Shown here piece after piece: positions 40,791 to 55,289 of a stretch of DNA of 64,000 nt. The stretch lies in the NCBI RefSeq assembly GCF_009914755.1, contig NC_060927.1. One strand, given 5' to 3'. Within the stretch, counting starts at the first letter, position 1; each line of letters opens with the position of its first letter. The notes under the pieces were generated by a model. The model was not told where the DNA came from. It saw nothing but the letters and a program-made list of their open reading frames with translations, and did no database searches. This DNA comes from the human T2T-CHM13v2.0 reference genome, Homo sapiens. Position numbers and translations under genes: made by a program.

Positions 40791-41683
40791 AATATGGGGA
40801 ACCACTGAAAGAACTTATGCAGGGGGTTTCACTTAGTTAACTTTGAATCTTAGAAAACTCTGTCTGTCAGCAATGTGGAGGGTGGCTTGAAAAAAAGGAG
40901 GGCCTCGGAGGCAGGAAGAACTATTAAGAAACTATTAGGGTGGTCCAGGTCAGAAAACAGGAGGCAGGGGTTGGATTGGAGCTGACAGACATATTTGAGA
41001 GCATGAGTGAGGTCAAAGCTGGAAGATTTGGTGTGGGATAGGACATGGTGTTAGAGGAAGGATGTGTCTGATAGTGCTCAGTCTTTGATCTGGGCTCCCT
41101 GATCCATATTCTGCAGGTTCCAGGTTGGGAGAGGAGATTCTGTTAAGCAGATGTGAGGGTGTCCAGGAATATACACTCTTAGGATTTTGCTTAGAGAGAA
41201 GCCTAGGCTGGAGAGGAGTACTGGGTATATTCAGTGATGATGGACAGTTGGAGCCGCGCAGGTGAAGGGGAGCCTCCGAAGTTGATGTATGAAATGAGAG
41301 AAGCAGAAGCAGTGGATGGAGCCCTGTGAAACATTAACATTTAAGGTTACAGCAGCGCCAAGGCAACTAACCCTGATTTCATGCTGTTTGCCCTCCCCAC
41401 TAAACATCTTTATAACCAGTGGATGTCAAAGACTCCTACCCCAGAGGAGAAAGCCTCAGCTAGAGAAGTGGAATCATGGGTTGGGTGAGCAGAATGGGAC
41501 AAATATGTAAGCAAGAAACTGAGGAAGGAAGTGAGAGAAAAATTCTCCCCCATGCCTGTCTCCCACAGATATTTTATGCATGATATAATAAATGTGTGTG
41601 TATATATGTGTATCTACACACACAAGCACACACATTTATATACATATACACACATACATAAAACATATATCTGGATAACTTTC

Positions 41684-41944
41684 TTTTTTTTTTGAGACGG
41701 AGTCTCACTCACTGCAAGCTCCACCTCCCGGGTTCATGCCATTCTCCTGCCTCAGCCTCCCAAGTAGCTGGGACTACAGTCGCCCGCCACCACGCCCGGC
41801 TAATTTTTTTTTTTTTTGCATTTTTCAGTAGAGACGGGGTTTCACCGTGTTAGCCAGGATGGTCTTGATCTCCTGACCTTGTGATCTGCCCACCTCGGCC
41901 TCCCAAAGTTCAGGGATTACAGGCATGAGCCGTCGCACCCGGCC
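41684..41944 (-). mobile_element. AluY with an internal deletion of about 39 bp
   Basis: Y diagnostics; TSD tggataactttc; lacks the cccaggctggagtgcagtgg block. Confidence 0.95.
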
Positions 41945-41956
41945 TGGATAACTTTC

Positions 41957-42580
41957 AACATCGGCACATAAAGAGTTCTTGCATTGTTTTCGCAGTTGCA
42001 TACATTCCCTTGCGTGTATATACCATAATTTATTTAGCCCAATCTGCTATTGATGGATATATAAGTTGTCCGAGCTTCTGCTACCAAAACAATGCTGCAA
42101 CAAATGATTTGGCTGCATTATGTTGCTGTGTGCATGTATACCGGTGGGATAGATTTCTAGAAGAGGAAGAGCTGTCAGCATTTCCAGTTTCGATACATAT
42201 GGTTGATCTGCTCTCCATTACTAGTGTGCCGATTTCTACTTCTCCCTGTAGTGCCCAAGAGTTCCTGTTCCTCACACTCTAATCAGCACAATGTGTGATC
42301 AAACTTTGTGATCTTTGTCAATTCAATAAGTGAGATACGGCATTATAAGTTTCATTTTGCATTAAAAAATATAAATGAGGCTGAACACCATTTTAAATGT
42401 TCAAGAGCCATTTCCTCTAAAATGTTCCTAGACCTTACCCTTTTTCCTGACTTTTTGCAGTTTGTTTTGGTCTTTTTTCTTCCTGATTTCTGGGGTATTA
42501 TTTTATATTAACAAATTAGCTTATTGAGTGATAAAAATGCAAATAGTTTTACCCATTTACACTTCGTTTTTTGACTTTAT
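41957..42580 (-). mobile_element. L1ME-like fragment
   Basis: tataccataatttatttagcc...aaacaatgctgcaacaaat...aatgaggctgaaca. Confidence 0.7.
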
Positions 42581-43059
42581 TCTTGCTAAGTTCCCTGCAG
42601 TACCCAGCAAGGGGCTGGACCATCAGCTATACTCAGCTGAGGTAGAGGAAGCCAGAGAAGTTTGGAGGTTCAGACTGAGCCAAAGAATAGAGTAGGTGAA
42701 TTCTTGTTAGTATTCGCTTCCAAGTATTCTCTGGGAGCAAACTGTCACGTGAATGCTGCAGACAGGCAGCCACAGTGTGTGTGTCTTGGTAGGGGCAGGG
42801 GAGGTGAGCTGTGTTTATTTAGCCTCTTACAGAACACTCTCCAGGCCCACCACCCTTGGAGCCAAGTGAAATCAATATCTTTGAAATGGACTGAGACAAG
42901 TAGGGTCATAGCCTCAAGTTCTGGGCCAGAAATAGCAGGGCACAGTCTTAAGACAAATCTTATGGGGGTGGCTGTGCAGGCAAAATGGACAGGTGACAGC
43001 TGGAGGTGCAGGTGGGTGGCAGGTGATTTGTTTGTTACCATTGACAGCCCACATTTGTC

Positions 43060-44020
43060 ACTGTTCACCATGAGCCAGGACCTGGGGACACAGGATCTTG
43101 CCTTCGAGGAATTCACAGATCAGGTGAGTGAACAGAGGATGGCAGAACTGTGTGATGCGAACTGGTAGAGATAGCACGGGGAGTTGGGAGCCCCAAAGAC
43201 AGCAGTGCAATCTGCATGGAGAAGTCCAGGAAGGCTTCCTGGATGAGGTTGCATCTAAGCAGAGTCCTGAAAGACAAGTATGAGTTAGCCAGTCAAAGAA
43301 GAGTGCATGAAGGGAGATGTACCAGGTGGAAAGAACGTTTAGGGTAAAGTGCTAGACGGGAGAAGAAAAATGGTTCCTTCAGAAAATTGGAAGTGTTTCA
43401 GTGTAGCTGGAGGGCAGGGTTCCAGGAAGATGGATGGAGGTGACAAAACATGCCACTGAGGAGGTAGATTAGGACAGGTCATGAAGGGTAGTGTGGAGCA
43501 GAGACGGGGAGAAGCATTGAGAAATGTTCCACAGGCAGAATCAGCAGGACGAGGTGGAATGTATTTGATGGTGTCGAGAGGAGAATTTCAGAGTGAGAAA
43601 GAGGCCAAGGAGTTCTGTTTGGTAACAGGGAAGAAGATGTACGAGGAGCAGATTTGGGGAAAAGTCAATGAATTCAATTTCCCATGTTGAGCTGGGAAGC
43701 CTGTGGGATATCCCATATGGTGATTGGATCTGTGGGCCTGAAGATTTGTGAGGAGGCTGGGGGTGAAAGACAGTCCTCGGGGTCATTGGCAGGCAGTGAA
43801 GATTGAAGCCATAGGGTCAGTCATGTTCACAGTGGGTAGGAAGGAGGGTCTGGGAGGTGTTAAGGATGAGAAGACTGCTGGACTGGAAACAGATCTTTGG
43901 ACAAGAGCAAGAGTTAAGAACTGGCCAAAGGTGATCAACCAGAAAGGAGGAGACAGACATGGAAGGAACTAGGATTGGGGGACAGAGAAGCAACAAGGGA
44001 GTGGCCTGCAGTGTCCACAA
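43060..44020 (-). mobile_element. L2 fragment
   Basis: caggaaggcttcctggatgagg...gagcagatttggggg...tgaattcaattt. Confidence 0.7.
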
Positions 44021-44472
44021 CTGCAGAGAAAGGGGCTGTAGGGCCTGGCTTGGGTAGTATACATCTGCTTAGCAGACAGGCAGACAGGCCAGCACATGGA
44101 ATTTAGAGGGTCTGTGTCATGCAGAAAGGACCTGGGGTCACGGCATGAGGCTTGTTCACAGGACAAGAACTGATTTGAAAACATTTGTGGTTAGTTGATT
44201 TGAAGCTGAGTCACCGTGACTGGTGGGGGGAGAGGGAATATTTTGTTGAGGAGGGCAGCTATTGCTTTTTAACTCCTTCCGCTGTTCTCTCCTACATCAT
44301 GGTATCCAGATAGGATATCCAGGTTCTCTCTCTACTTCCTTCATCAGGTTCTTCACTTCATTCATTCATAAGATAATGCTTGCAGAGAGTTTAGAACAGA
44401 GCTTGGCATATACAAGAGCTCAGTAAATGTTAGCTTTTTCTTTTTTATTGTTTCTCATTTTGAGTTGCTGAC

Positions 44473-45036
44473 TGTGGCAGACCACCCTAAGGTGGCCCCA
44501 GTGAGTCATGCCCTTGTATATTTCCCTTTCCCTGGGTACAGGCAGAACCCGTGACTTACTTCTAACCAGTAGAACATGGCAATGGGATGCCCTCCCCTTG
44601 ATTAAATTACATTGTGTAGCAAAGGTGATGGGATATAACTCTCATGGTAATGTTATATTACTTAAGACTCCTTCGTAGCAGACAAGAGAGGGACAGAGAC
44701 TCTCCTGCTGGTCGTGAAGGAAGATGCAAGCTGCTATAATGTTAATTTCCTAACATAGCAGGAAAATGGAGTGGCTTCTAGAAGGCCCTCAGTTCTACAA
44801 CCACAAAGAATTGAATTCTGCACAACTACATGAGCGTGCTAGAGAACCCCAGGTCCAGAAAGGAACACTGCCTAGCTGATACCTTGATTGCAGTCTTGGG
44901 GAACCTCAAGCAGAGGAGCCATCTAAGCTGTGCCCAGGCTCCGGAACCACAAAAAACTGTGAGATAATAAATGTGTGTTGTTTTAAGTTGCTCAAGTTGT
45001 AGTAATTTATTATCACAGCAATTGCAAACTAATACA
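44473..45036 (+). mobile_element. MLT1E-family solo LTR
   Basis: tgtggcagaccaccctaaggtggcccc...aactgtgagataataaatgtgtgttgttttaag...ctaataca. Confidence 0.9.
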
Positions 45037-46710
45037 TTGATATTCATTCGTTTAACAAATGATGACTAAGCCAGCAGCATCTGGTACAGTGTGACACCCT
45101 ATGTAGGGGAGTAGATATGTAAGACACAGTATTTGTCTTCAAGGGCTCCTAGTAAGTTCCTGAAACATTGGGTTCCCAAAGCAGGAGTTGACCTATTAGC
45201 AATGGGGCGTGAGGAGGTAAGGGGAGACTTCCAGGCAGAGGGAACAACATGTGGTAAGTCCCACAGGCCCGTAAGGGCTATAGCATCCTGGTTGTTGAGA
45301 ACTTCAGTGGAAGAAAATGTGGTACCTAAAGTAGATGTGAATGGGCCTCTGTCACCTATAGCTATGACAGCCACACAAGCAAAGCTGCAGAAGGATTCTG
45401 GGCAGAGGAATAACTGGGGAGTAGATGTTGGGCTGAGAGCAGGTACACTGGTCTTTGCTGTGGGTACAAGGCCCGTGTGGCACTGATGTGCTTTTCCTGG
45501 GATGTGAGCCCTCGTCTCAGTCATGCCCTTGGAGCCCACTGTGCAGGAGGTGGCTCCAATCAACTTGAGGCTAAAGTACTGTCAGGGTCCTCAGAACACC
45601 CTATGGATGGTACTGCCCCACAGCTGTAGCTGCAGCTCAGGCATTCTGGGGTTCCTGACCATCCTAATTTGCTAGAGAATGCTCTTGCTCCATGCCACAG
45701 AGAGGAGGTGGTATGGGTCACCACTCCACCAGCAGAGACACTAGGACACCTTCTTCTGTTTCTCCCATCAGCCATACAGAAATCCAGAAAAAAGGCCTGG
45801 GTTTTCCATGTAGGTACAATTTAACTCCTGAACCCAGCCTTCCTTCTCTATTCAGAGCCTCCTGCTAAGAAGAAACACTGACTTCTGTGTTTTGAATGCA
45901 CCGTTTCTCCTGCAGGGAAACATTTTATCTCTTCTCAGGCCAGACAGCATTTCCAGACAGCCTTTTTACTGGAAGGAGGTGAGTGTTTTCTCTGCTCATG
46001 GATCAGATGTCTTTCTCCTGCCTTTCCTAACAGGCAGCTGTGCCTGGTGTCTGGAGGATCAGGCTGCCCTGGAATGCGAGCAGGAGTGCCTGGGCTAATG
46101 GCTATGGTTTTGCCAGCCCCAGAGACTGACAGGCAGTTGTTGTTTTTGTTTGGAGGTCTCGGCACCAGGAGACTGGCGTCTCCTCCCATCTCAGCATGAG
46201 CCTTGGGAATCACATGCTCAGTGGCAGCTGTGTTGCTGTAGACATGACAGTAAACATCCAGAAAATTGAGTGTTTTTGGTCTTCAATTTAAGAAGTCATT
46301 TGCTGGATGGTGCTAACTAAGAACAGTCATTAAACTTGAGAAAGCGCCCTTCTGCCTCATTCCTTAATTAAATGGAAGAGAGAAACAAAATCCTGGCTTT
46401 GCAAAGCCGCAGGCTTCTAGTGGAAATGCCCTCAAGGGAAGAGACACAGAAGGATGTGTGGTCTCCAGCACACATGTGGCTGGGTGCTGGGAGTGAGTGG
46501 GCAGGCATACTCAGAGACTCAGACACCTGATTCCTGCATTATTTCCTGGCCAGAATGGAAAGGTTGTGGGGGCGGGGTGGGCAAGATGGGAATGAGGCAA
46601 TCGGGAAAGGCCTGGAGAAGTGACTATTGGAGATTGAATTATGTCCCCCTGAAATTCATATGCTCAAACTCTAACCCCCAATATGACTATATTTGGAGAT
46701 AGGGCTTTTA

Positions 46711-47020
<310 letters not shown>

Positions 47021-47321
47021 GATAGGGCCTTTAAAGAGGTAATTAAGGTTAAATCAAGACATAAGGGTGAGGCCCTAATCCAATATAACTAGTATCTCTG
47101 TAAGAGGAAGAAACGCCTGCAATGTGTGTGCACAGAGAAAAGGCCATGTGGGGACATGGCAGGAAGGTGGCTATCTGCAAGCCACGGAGAGGGGGCCTCA
47201 GGAGAAAATAACCTTGCCAACATGTTGATCTTGGACTTCTAGCCTCCAGAATGGTGGGAAATAAATTCCTGCTGTTTAAGCTGCCCTGTCTGTGGTACTT
47301 TGTTATACCCGCCCAAGCTGA

Positions 47322-47500
47322 CAATGGGATGTCTTCCCTTGACAAAATTACATTATATAGCAAATGTGATGGGATATAACTCCCATGGTAACATTATATT
47401 ATACAAGACTCCTTTTTAGCAGAAAAGAGAGAAGGAGAGAGACAAGGGAGAGAAAGAGAGACTCTCCTGCTGGTCACTGGGGGAGATGTGAGTGGCTATA
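47322..47500 (+). repeat. Diverged local direct copy of 44580-44738
   Basis: Shares caatgggatg, gtgatgggatataactc, catggtaa, gagactctcctgctggtc, gctata. Confidence 0.8.
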
Positions 47501-48372
47501 CAGTGACCATCCATTCCCTGAGACCAGAGCAGGCAGTGGGGTGGGTAGGAAGGCAAAGTTTAAAGGGTCAGAGGCGAGGCCAGTGAGGACCCTCACTCTA
47601 CCACTTTACCCAGAGGAGGATGGCAAAGGTATAGGTACCAGGAAGTGGAGCTTTTGTGATGGCACAGGCTTTCAGGGGTCTGGTTTGCACGAGGCATTGT
47701 TCTCTGGCCTTCCCTGACCTGCAGTGTCATCCTTTGAAACTACCTTCCTTGAACACTGTTTTATAGCTTGCCTAGTGGGGTAACAGAAGCCCACAGTCCC
47801 TTCTGCCTGGGAAGACACATCTCCCCTTGCTTCCCTGTGGAAAGCAAGGGAGAAACCAACTCAAGTGTCAGCCATGCAGGGAGACCTGGAGTACCTGGCT
47901 TAGGCCATTGGCTGTGGGCTGATGGGAAAGTAAGAAGGCCCTCAAGGTAAAACAATGGGTCAAGAGCTGAGGGAAGAAGGGCTATGGAGCTGCTGGAGCT
48001 GAGCTCTTCTTAGATCTGTCTTTAGGTCCTGCGAAAGGAATCCTCCTGCTCCCTGGAGCTGGCCACAGAGGGGCTTTGGACCAAAACCTTAGAGTGGTAC
48101 ACAGTGTGAATTTGGCTAGAGCAGCTCCTCTGCCCCTCTTTCTCAGAAGCCTTTGGAAGTGGTGGGCCACGGGAGGAAAACACAGGTTAGGGGTCCTAGC
48201 CACTTCTATATCTTTCTAACACAGAGCTAGATTTAGGGGTCTAGAGGGGTTTAAATACTCCCTTGGGCTTCCAAAAGGTTCATTGAGCCCAGCAGTGTTT
48301 GTCCCATGGCTGGAGCACTGGTCAAAAGGACTCTGCCCATCCCCTCAGCAAGTGGTTCCTAAAGGTGACCTG

Positions 48373-48686
48373 GGCTGGGTGCCGTGGTTCACGCCTGTAA
48401 TTACAGCACTTTGGGAGGCTGAAACAGGTGGATCACGAGGTCAGGAGCTCGAGACCAGCCTGGCCAACGCAGTGAAACCCTGTCTCTACTAAAAATACAA
48501 AAATTAGCCAGGCATGGTGGTGGGTGCCTGTAATCCCAGCTATTCAGGAGGCTGAGGCGGGAGAATTGCTTGAACCTGGGAGGCAGGGGTTGCAGTGAGG
48601 TGAGTTCGCACCACTGCACTCTGGCCTGGGAGACAGAGCAAGACTCTGTCTCGGAAAACAAATAAAGATAAAAGTAAAAATAAATA
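48373..48686 (+). mobile_element. AluSg-like
   Basis: gatcacgaggtcaggag; approximate TSD aaaggtgacctg/aaaagtcacctg. Confidence 0.95.
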
Positions 48687-49385
48687 AAAGTCACCTGTCC
48701 TCTGGCAGCAGGATATTTGTGGCTAAACTGTCTGGTCTGGATGCGCAATATTCCTGGGTTCTCTGTTCCTCATTCCTTGATGCCCAGGCTTATCAGGCCC
48801 TCCTGAGATGGGCCTTCTGATCTCCGCCTGCATCCATGGCAGAGGCTTCTCCACTGCTACAGAAGGCAGGAGAAAAGAACGCAAGATCAAACATTCTGGC
48901 TTTGTCCTGTGTGTGGTGTAGGGTGGTGTGGTGCAAACCCCTGCTTGTTCCAGCTACGTGAGCCAATACATTTGCTGTATGGGACAAACTGATTTGAGAA
49001 TACTTTTTACCAGCATCCTGATGAATACTATGAAGCTGGACATTTTCTTAACCTTGTCCCACCCTCAAAATTAGGATAACACAGAGTCACATTTGTGTTT
49101 AGCCCTTGTCCCTCAGCTTTCTCATCTCTTTAGTGTTTGTAATCAACCATAGCACTGGTTCTCTCTGAATCCACTTACTACGTCCTTGTCATTGCCTCAC
49201 ACACACAGAAGGGCCAAGCACGTTACTGGGGGTTCTGATCCTCTGCCCCGTCTTTCTGCCCTGACCATGCACTCCCACCTCCCCTAACCTCCCCAACCTC
49301 CTGCATCCCCTCAGAGGAACAGACACAATTCTTTCTTATGCCGCTTATATCCCTAAAGACTTGATAGCCTTGATATTTGGATAGA

Positions 49386-49752
49386 CGGATAGTCCCCAAC
49401 ATACTGCAGTTTGACTTAGGACTTTTTGACTTTACAATGGTATGAAAGCAATACACATTCAGTGGAAACCATACTTTGCGTACTCATACAACCATTCTGT
49501 TCTTCACTTTCAGAACAGTATTCAATAAATTACATGGAATATTAAACACTTTATTATAAGATAGGCTTTGTGTTGGATGATTTTTGCCCAGTTGTAGGAT
49601 AATGTAAGTGCTATGTGCATGTCTAAGGTAGGCTAGGTGAAGCTATGATGTTCAGTAGATTAGGTGTATTAAATGCATTTTTGGCTTAAGATATTTTCAA
49701 CTTACAGTGGACTTATCAAGCTGTAACTCCATCAAAAGCTGAGGAGCATTTG
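49386..49752 (-). mobile_element. MER47A (TcMar-Tigger)
   Basis: taaggtaggctagg...ttaggtgtattaaatgcatttt...gaggagcatttg followed by TA. Confidence 0.9.
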
Positions 49753-50758
49753 TATTCTTTTCAACAGAGAATCTAGTATTTCAATATGTCTAAAAAGATT
49801 CAGTGTTTTATTTATTTAGCACTTGTTTATTTTCTTCAGGATTAAAATTTTCTAAATAAAATATTAGGGTCTAAAAAAGAGCAAAAGCCATCTGATGCAA
49901 CACAAAGTAAAAGTGGGTGATGTTAATTGTCAATAAGTATCCTAAGTCAGATATATATATATAATTTGAGACTCACACATTTTTTATTAGGCATTTCAGG
50001 CATTTTTATTGAACCATATGGCATCTTTTTTCAGGTTCTCTGTGTTCACAGCTTTAGTTCTAAACGGTTTGCCCTGACCCATTTCTCACACCTTCTGTGT
50101 TCTGCCTCCTAATACTTGTGTCCGTGACCTGGCAGTTCATTCTCCTCTCCACCCTTTCCTTCCCTTGTCCATTAAGGTGGGTCCATGAGAGAGCAGATTT
50201 AGTTTTCCAAGCTGACCACATGCTGTCTCTGGTGGCCTTGGATAAACCCCTCTCCTGGTGGTAGAAATTCCCTTATTCCTTGGGGGCCTCCTGATGCTCA
50301 GACAGAAATTGAACCAGAATTTACATAAATGGAGCCAAGTTTCCCTGTGCTTATCTGTTCTCGTGAAACATAAAAAGCAGTTGGCTTGATTTTCACAAAG
50401 CTTAGATAGTCTGTTTGGGATGGATTGCCTCTAAGTACAGGCTGCGCGGCCTCTGTGAAATCCGTGGGAGTCCCAGGGGGCACCTCAAAGCGGTATGCAG
50501 ACGGCTCTGCAGCAGCTAAAATGAGGTACGAGGAGAGATCCCGGGACTGTGAGCCAGAGGACACACACCTGGCATATCAACACATCGTGGGCCCACAAAG
50601 CACACAGCCTTCCAACATGTACCCCCAAATCCAAATCCTAAGTGCAGATCCTCCCAGGCACACGGATTGATTTACAATTGAGCTACACCTCACACGGGCA
50701 ACTTTACACAGCATGATCTTGGGTGAGTATAGTAGGGATTGCATTATTTAAAAATCAT

Positions 50759-51081
<323 letters not shown>

Positions 51082-52170
51082 CTAGGTGAAACGTAGAGAG
51101 AAATGAAAGGGTTAACCCCAGCATCCCGCAGCACCTCTCTCAAGTGGTACTGTTTTCAAGCCCAGCCCAGGTTCTCCTGTTCCCAAGAATCTTTCCCTGC
51201 CCTTTCAGCTGACCAGAAGCCATCCTCAGGGCTCCTTGCTTCTATCACTCTTTGTGGCCCTTCCTTGCATCCTCTCCTGCATTAAGAGATCATTCTGTGA
51301 TTTCCATCAGCTTAGAAAGCTGCCTTGGCTGTCCTTGATATGTTGGCTTGTCCATGACAGATCGTTCACCTTGCAAAACTTTGGGAGTTTCCATTCACAG
51401 AGAATATGATGTTGTGAGAAAAAAAAAAGAATGGATAAAAGCCACATGTGACATAGCTTGTGCAATGTGGTGGTCCTGGTCCTTCAGGTGTAACATGTTA
51501 CCTCCTGAACATTATGCACAATCCTGAAATCTTCTACTCCATCAGTGTGGGGATCTCACATTGGTTGGCTTAAATACCTTTGTGTCTATCCATCAGCAAA
51601 GCCCAAACGAAATTAGACAGATACAGTCTTCAACTGGACTCCAGGGAGAGGGCCACCCCCCTTCAGGAGGTTGAAGCCTGACCTAAAGTGCTCCATTCTT
51701 CTCCCCAGCACTGGCCTGTGATGTAGCCAGCTGCCCAGCCCCCACCCCATCTGAGCCAGCTGCCCTCCCAGAGGTAGGTAGTGTGACTTGGGATAACTTT
51801 GTGGGAGACTCACCTAGAGCTATACTGAAGACTACCTATCCACACAGAGAGATACTGGCTTCCTCCACCTGAGCTTCCATGACATAAAAAGACACAGACT
51901 GGTGGCCATTTGGGCAAAGGGTATACATGGTGTTCAAGACCGACTGTTCTCTCAGTAGCAAGGACTTGGAGAGGGTTCTTTTTCCTCCAAAGTCTTGTAT
52001 TGTTATAGAAGATTAATCTGACCCACTAGGATTGGTCTTAAACTCCTCTACATCTACCTTCAGGAGGGACTTCTGGGTTCTTTCCCAGAAAGAGGCCTGA
52101 GAAGGAACTCCTGCCCTTGTCCCCTGGCTGCCCTCAGAAAGGCCAACTGGGACATTTCCCTTATTAGTGT

Positions 52171-52614
52171 TGGATTAGTTTCCTCTGACTCCTGTAATGA
52201 ATTCCCACAGACTGGATGATTTAAAACCACAAAAGATTATCCTGTCCCAGTTCTGGAGGCTGAATTAAGGTAATCAGCAGGGCCACACTTCCCTGAAGGC
52301 TCTAGGGGTGAATCGTTCCTTGCCCCCAACAGCTTTTGGTGGCTCCAGATGTTCCTTGTCTTGTGGCACTTCACTGCAATTTCTGTCTCAGTAGCCACAC
52401 TGCCTCCATCTCTTCTGTGTCTTCTCCTCTGTGTGTCTCTCTTATAAGGATGCCAGTGATTACATGTAGGGCCAGCCTAGGTAATCCAAAATAAGTGCCT
52501 TCTCTTAAGATCCTTGATTTAATTATATCTTTTGCCATATAAGATAATATCCAGGGCTCTGGGGCTTATGACATAGGTGAATCTTTTTTAGGACCCACCA
52601 TTTGACCCACTCCA
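52171..52614 (-). mobile_element. MLT1C solo LTR
   Basis: cagttctggaggctg...gaaggctctagggg...cttataaggat. Confidence 0.85.
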
Positions 52615-54842
52615 GGTCGTTAGCTCCTGGAGGGGTCTGCATCTTGTGAGTGAGCACAAGCCCTGGCACAGAGGGAATGCTTGCTTAGCATTTGTGGAAT
52701 GGAGGGCCAGATGCTTGGATGAAATGCACACACACAGTGGCCATGAATCTTAAGAAGCGTCAGTGGCTAGAAAGAAGATGGTGTAAATTTTATCCCCCTC
52801 CCTGTTTCTGACAGAATATCCTCCTCTTCTGGTAACAGGTTTTGAGACGAAACATGGCACGAGTCTCTCAGAACCCTGCTTGAGCAGAGCAGTTGCATTA
52901 TATTCCACAAGTCATAAATATTTGGGGAGCAAAATCGATTCCTGCAGCAGTGGTGGAGGGATGGTAAGTTGGACATTTAATTTTTTTGGGGGGGTCAATC
53001 AAGAGGATTTGTATGTGTTGGAGTACAATGTTTCTGTTTCTCTTCCCAGCAGAGTGATTGCTGTACTTTGATACAAGTCATCTACCTCGTGGCCAGCTGA
53101 GGTGGATTAAAGTCTTCCCAGGAGGTAGGGCTTAATCTCTGGCCATAGGGCTCCTGGAATGGCCATAGAGGGTAGTCAGTGTGGGCTACTGTCCTTCTGG
53201 TCCCTGCCAGAGGTCAAGGCTGACAGGCACAGGAACAATTCCTTCAAGGCCTGATGGCCCAGAAAATAAAGTTTGACTCCTTCATTTGGCCGCGGGAGTG
53301 TCTTCGCTGCACACAGCAGCTGAGCTCAGTCGGGAATGCTCATTCAGGCTCCCTGCCTGTGGGTAACCTGGACTCTATCCTGGTCTCTCCATGTTTGCTG
53401 TGTGAGCTGTGAGCCCTGAATAGGATGCAGAGCAGAAGCCCCCTGCCTTTAGTTTCCTCTTAGCCTATCTACAATTCTTCCCTGCCTGGAAAGGGTGTTC
53501 GGAACAGGCCTCTCACCATCTGCTTCTTTTACCTGTTTTACTCTCCCTTTCTCCTACTCATGGAGGGTGGAATTTCTACTTCCAGTTTCTATTTAAAAGG
53601 GATTTTCCCATATGCCATTTCTACTCCATCCTTTCCTCCCACCATGATGACTGGCTGGCTGCTGAGAAACATGATTTATGCAGGAGAGGGTGATAAACAC
53701 ATAGTTTAATGTTTTCTAAATATGAACCTTGTTTTTCTCATTTTATCTACAAGCATGTGTGACTGTGGTGTGCATAAAACTGTGTCAACAATGGTTTCTT
53801 TCCTTGAGGAGCTCACATTTACAAAGAAAGGAAGAAATTTCAACCAAAAAATAAAAAACACCAAACCTGAAAGGAAAATCAACAGCAAGAGCCTGGACTT
53901 TCTAAACTAGGAGGAAGGCAGAGCTCCAGGAGACTCTTCTCATTTCTCTGAGGGCATGGAAACTCCAATGTGGAATAGAGCTTGGAGTTTAAAAAGATAG
54001 TCTCTTCTGTGTCCTGGATAGAGACCACACCAAAGGTTTGCAATATAGAGGCACAACAATCAAAATCATGAATTGAGATGTCCTTGACATTCCATTGTCA
54101 AGGGGAATTATTGCTTCCCTTGCATTAAAGACATTGTTGCCAATGCATATTCTATAATGTACCTTTCTTTCCTAACAAAGATTCCAGTTCAATCTGCATT
54201 TTCCTATAGCTCAAAGTTTGCACTTTCATTTAACCTAATAAACATCTGACCTTCCCAAGGGAAATATAAACAAAATCTTGACTTTCAAGTATTGTGGTCA
54301 TTCTTGGTGGAGACATGCACTGGATCATCATATCAACCTTGACTATTATTTCCTATGACACACCAGATTAGCTGGTTTACAGTTAATTCAGCCAGTTACA
54401 AATTCTTCATAGGTAAGAGTTTAGCTTTTAATCTGATGCCATCTTCATCTCAGGCAGTGTTAAGATGGTCCAGTGAGTTCATTACCTTAAAGGTTGCACA
54501 TAATTTGATTGATAACTCAGCTCAAATGTTTCCAAAAGTAAAAAAAAAAAAAAGTCATTTCACAAATCAATTTTTCCAACTGTTCAATTTTTTTTGTCAT
54601 GAGTTCTCAATTTAACCACTAGAACTGGTCCATTAAAAAAATCTATTCTCAGATCGTAACACCTGAGAGGCCAAGCATGCTACTGAAAAATAAATGTCAA
54701 AATAGAATTTTTATGTTTCTAATTATTTGCATTTATTTCTATAGGCTTCTCTGATCAAAGAGCAATGCATGCACATTGAAGAAAAATTTAATTATAAAAA
54801 ATCACAAATAGGTGAAAATCCTTTTGAAATCACTATGAATAG

Positions 54843-55289
<447 letters not shown>

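Larger units (their letters stand above)
39380..41340 (-). mobile_element. L2 fragments hosting MSTA, L1PA and a sense L2 tail
   Basis: Purine-rich antisense L2 motifs; sense tail cagtgcctagcataaagcaggccctcaataa near 39970. Confidence 0.55.

Noticed and set aside
51483-51509. Palindrome gtaacatgttac with ttcagg/cctgaa arms
   Set aside because: A 12-bp palindrome is expected by chance in 64 kb and it is a poor match to RFX or p53 sites.
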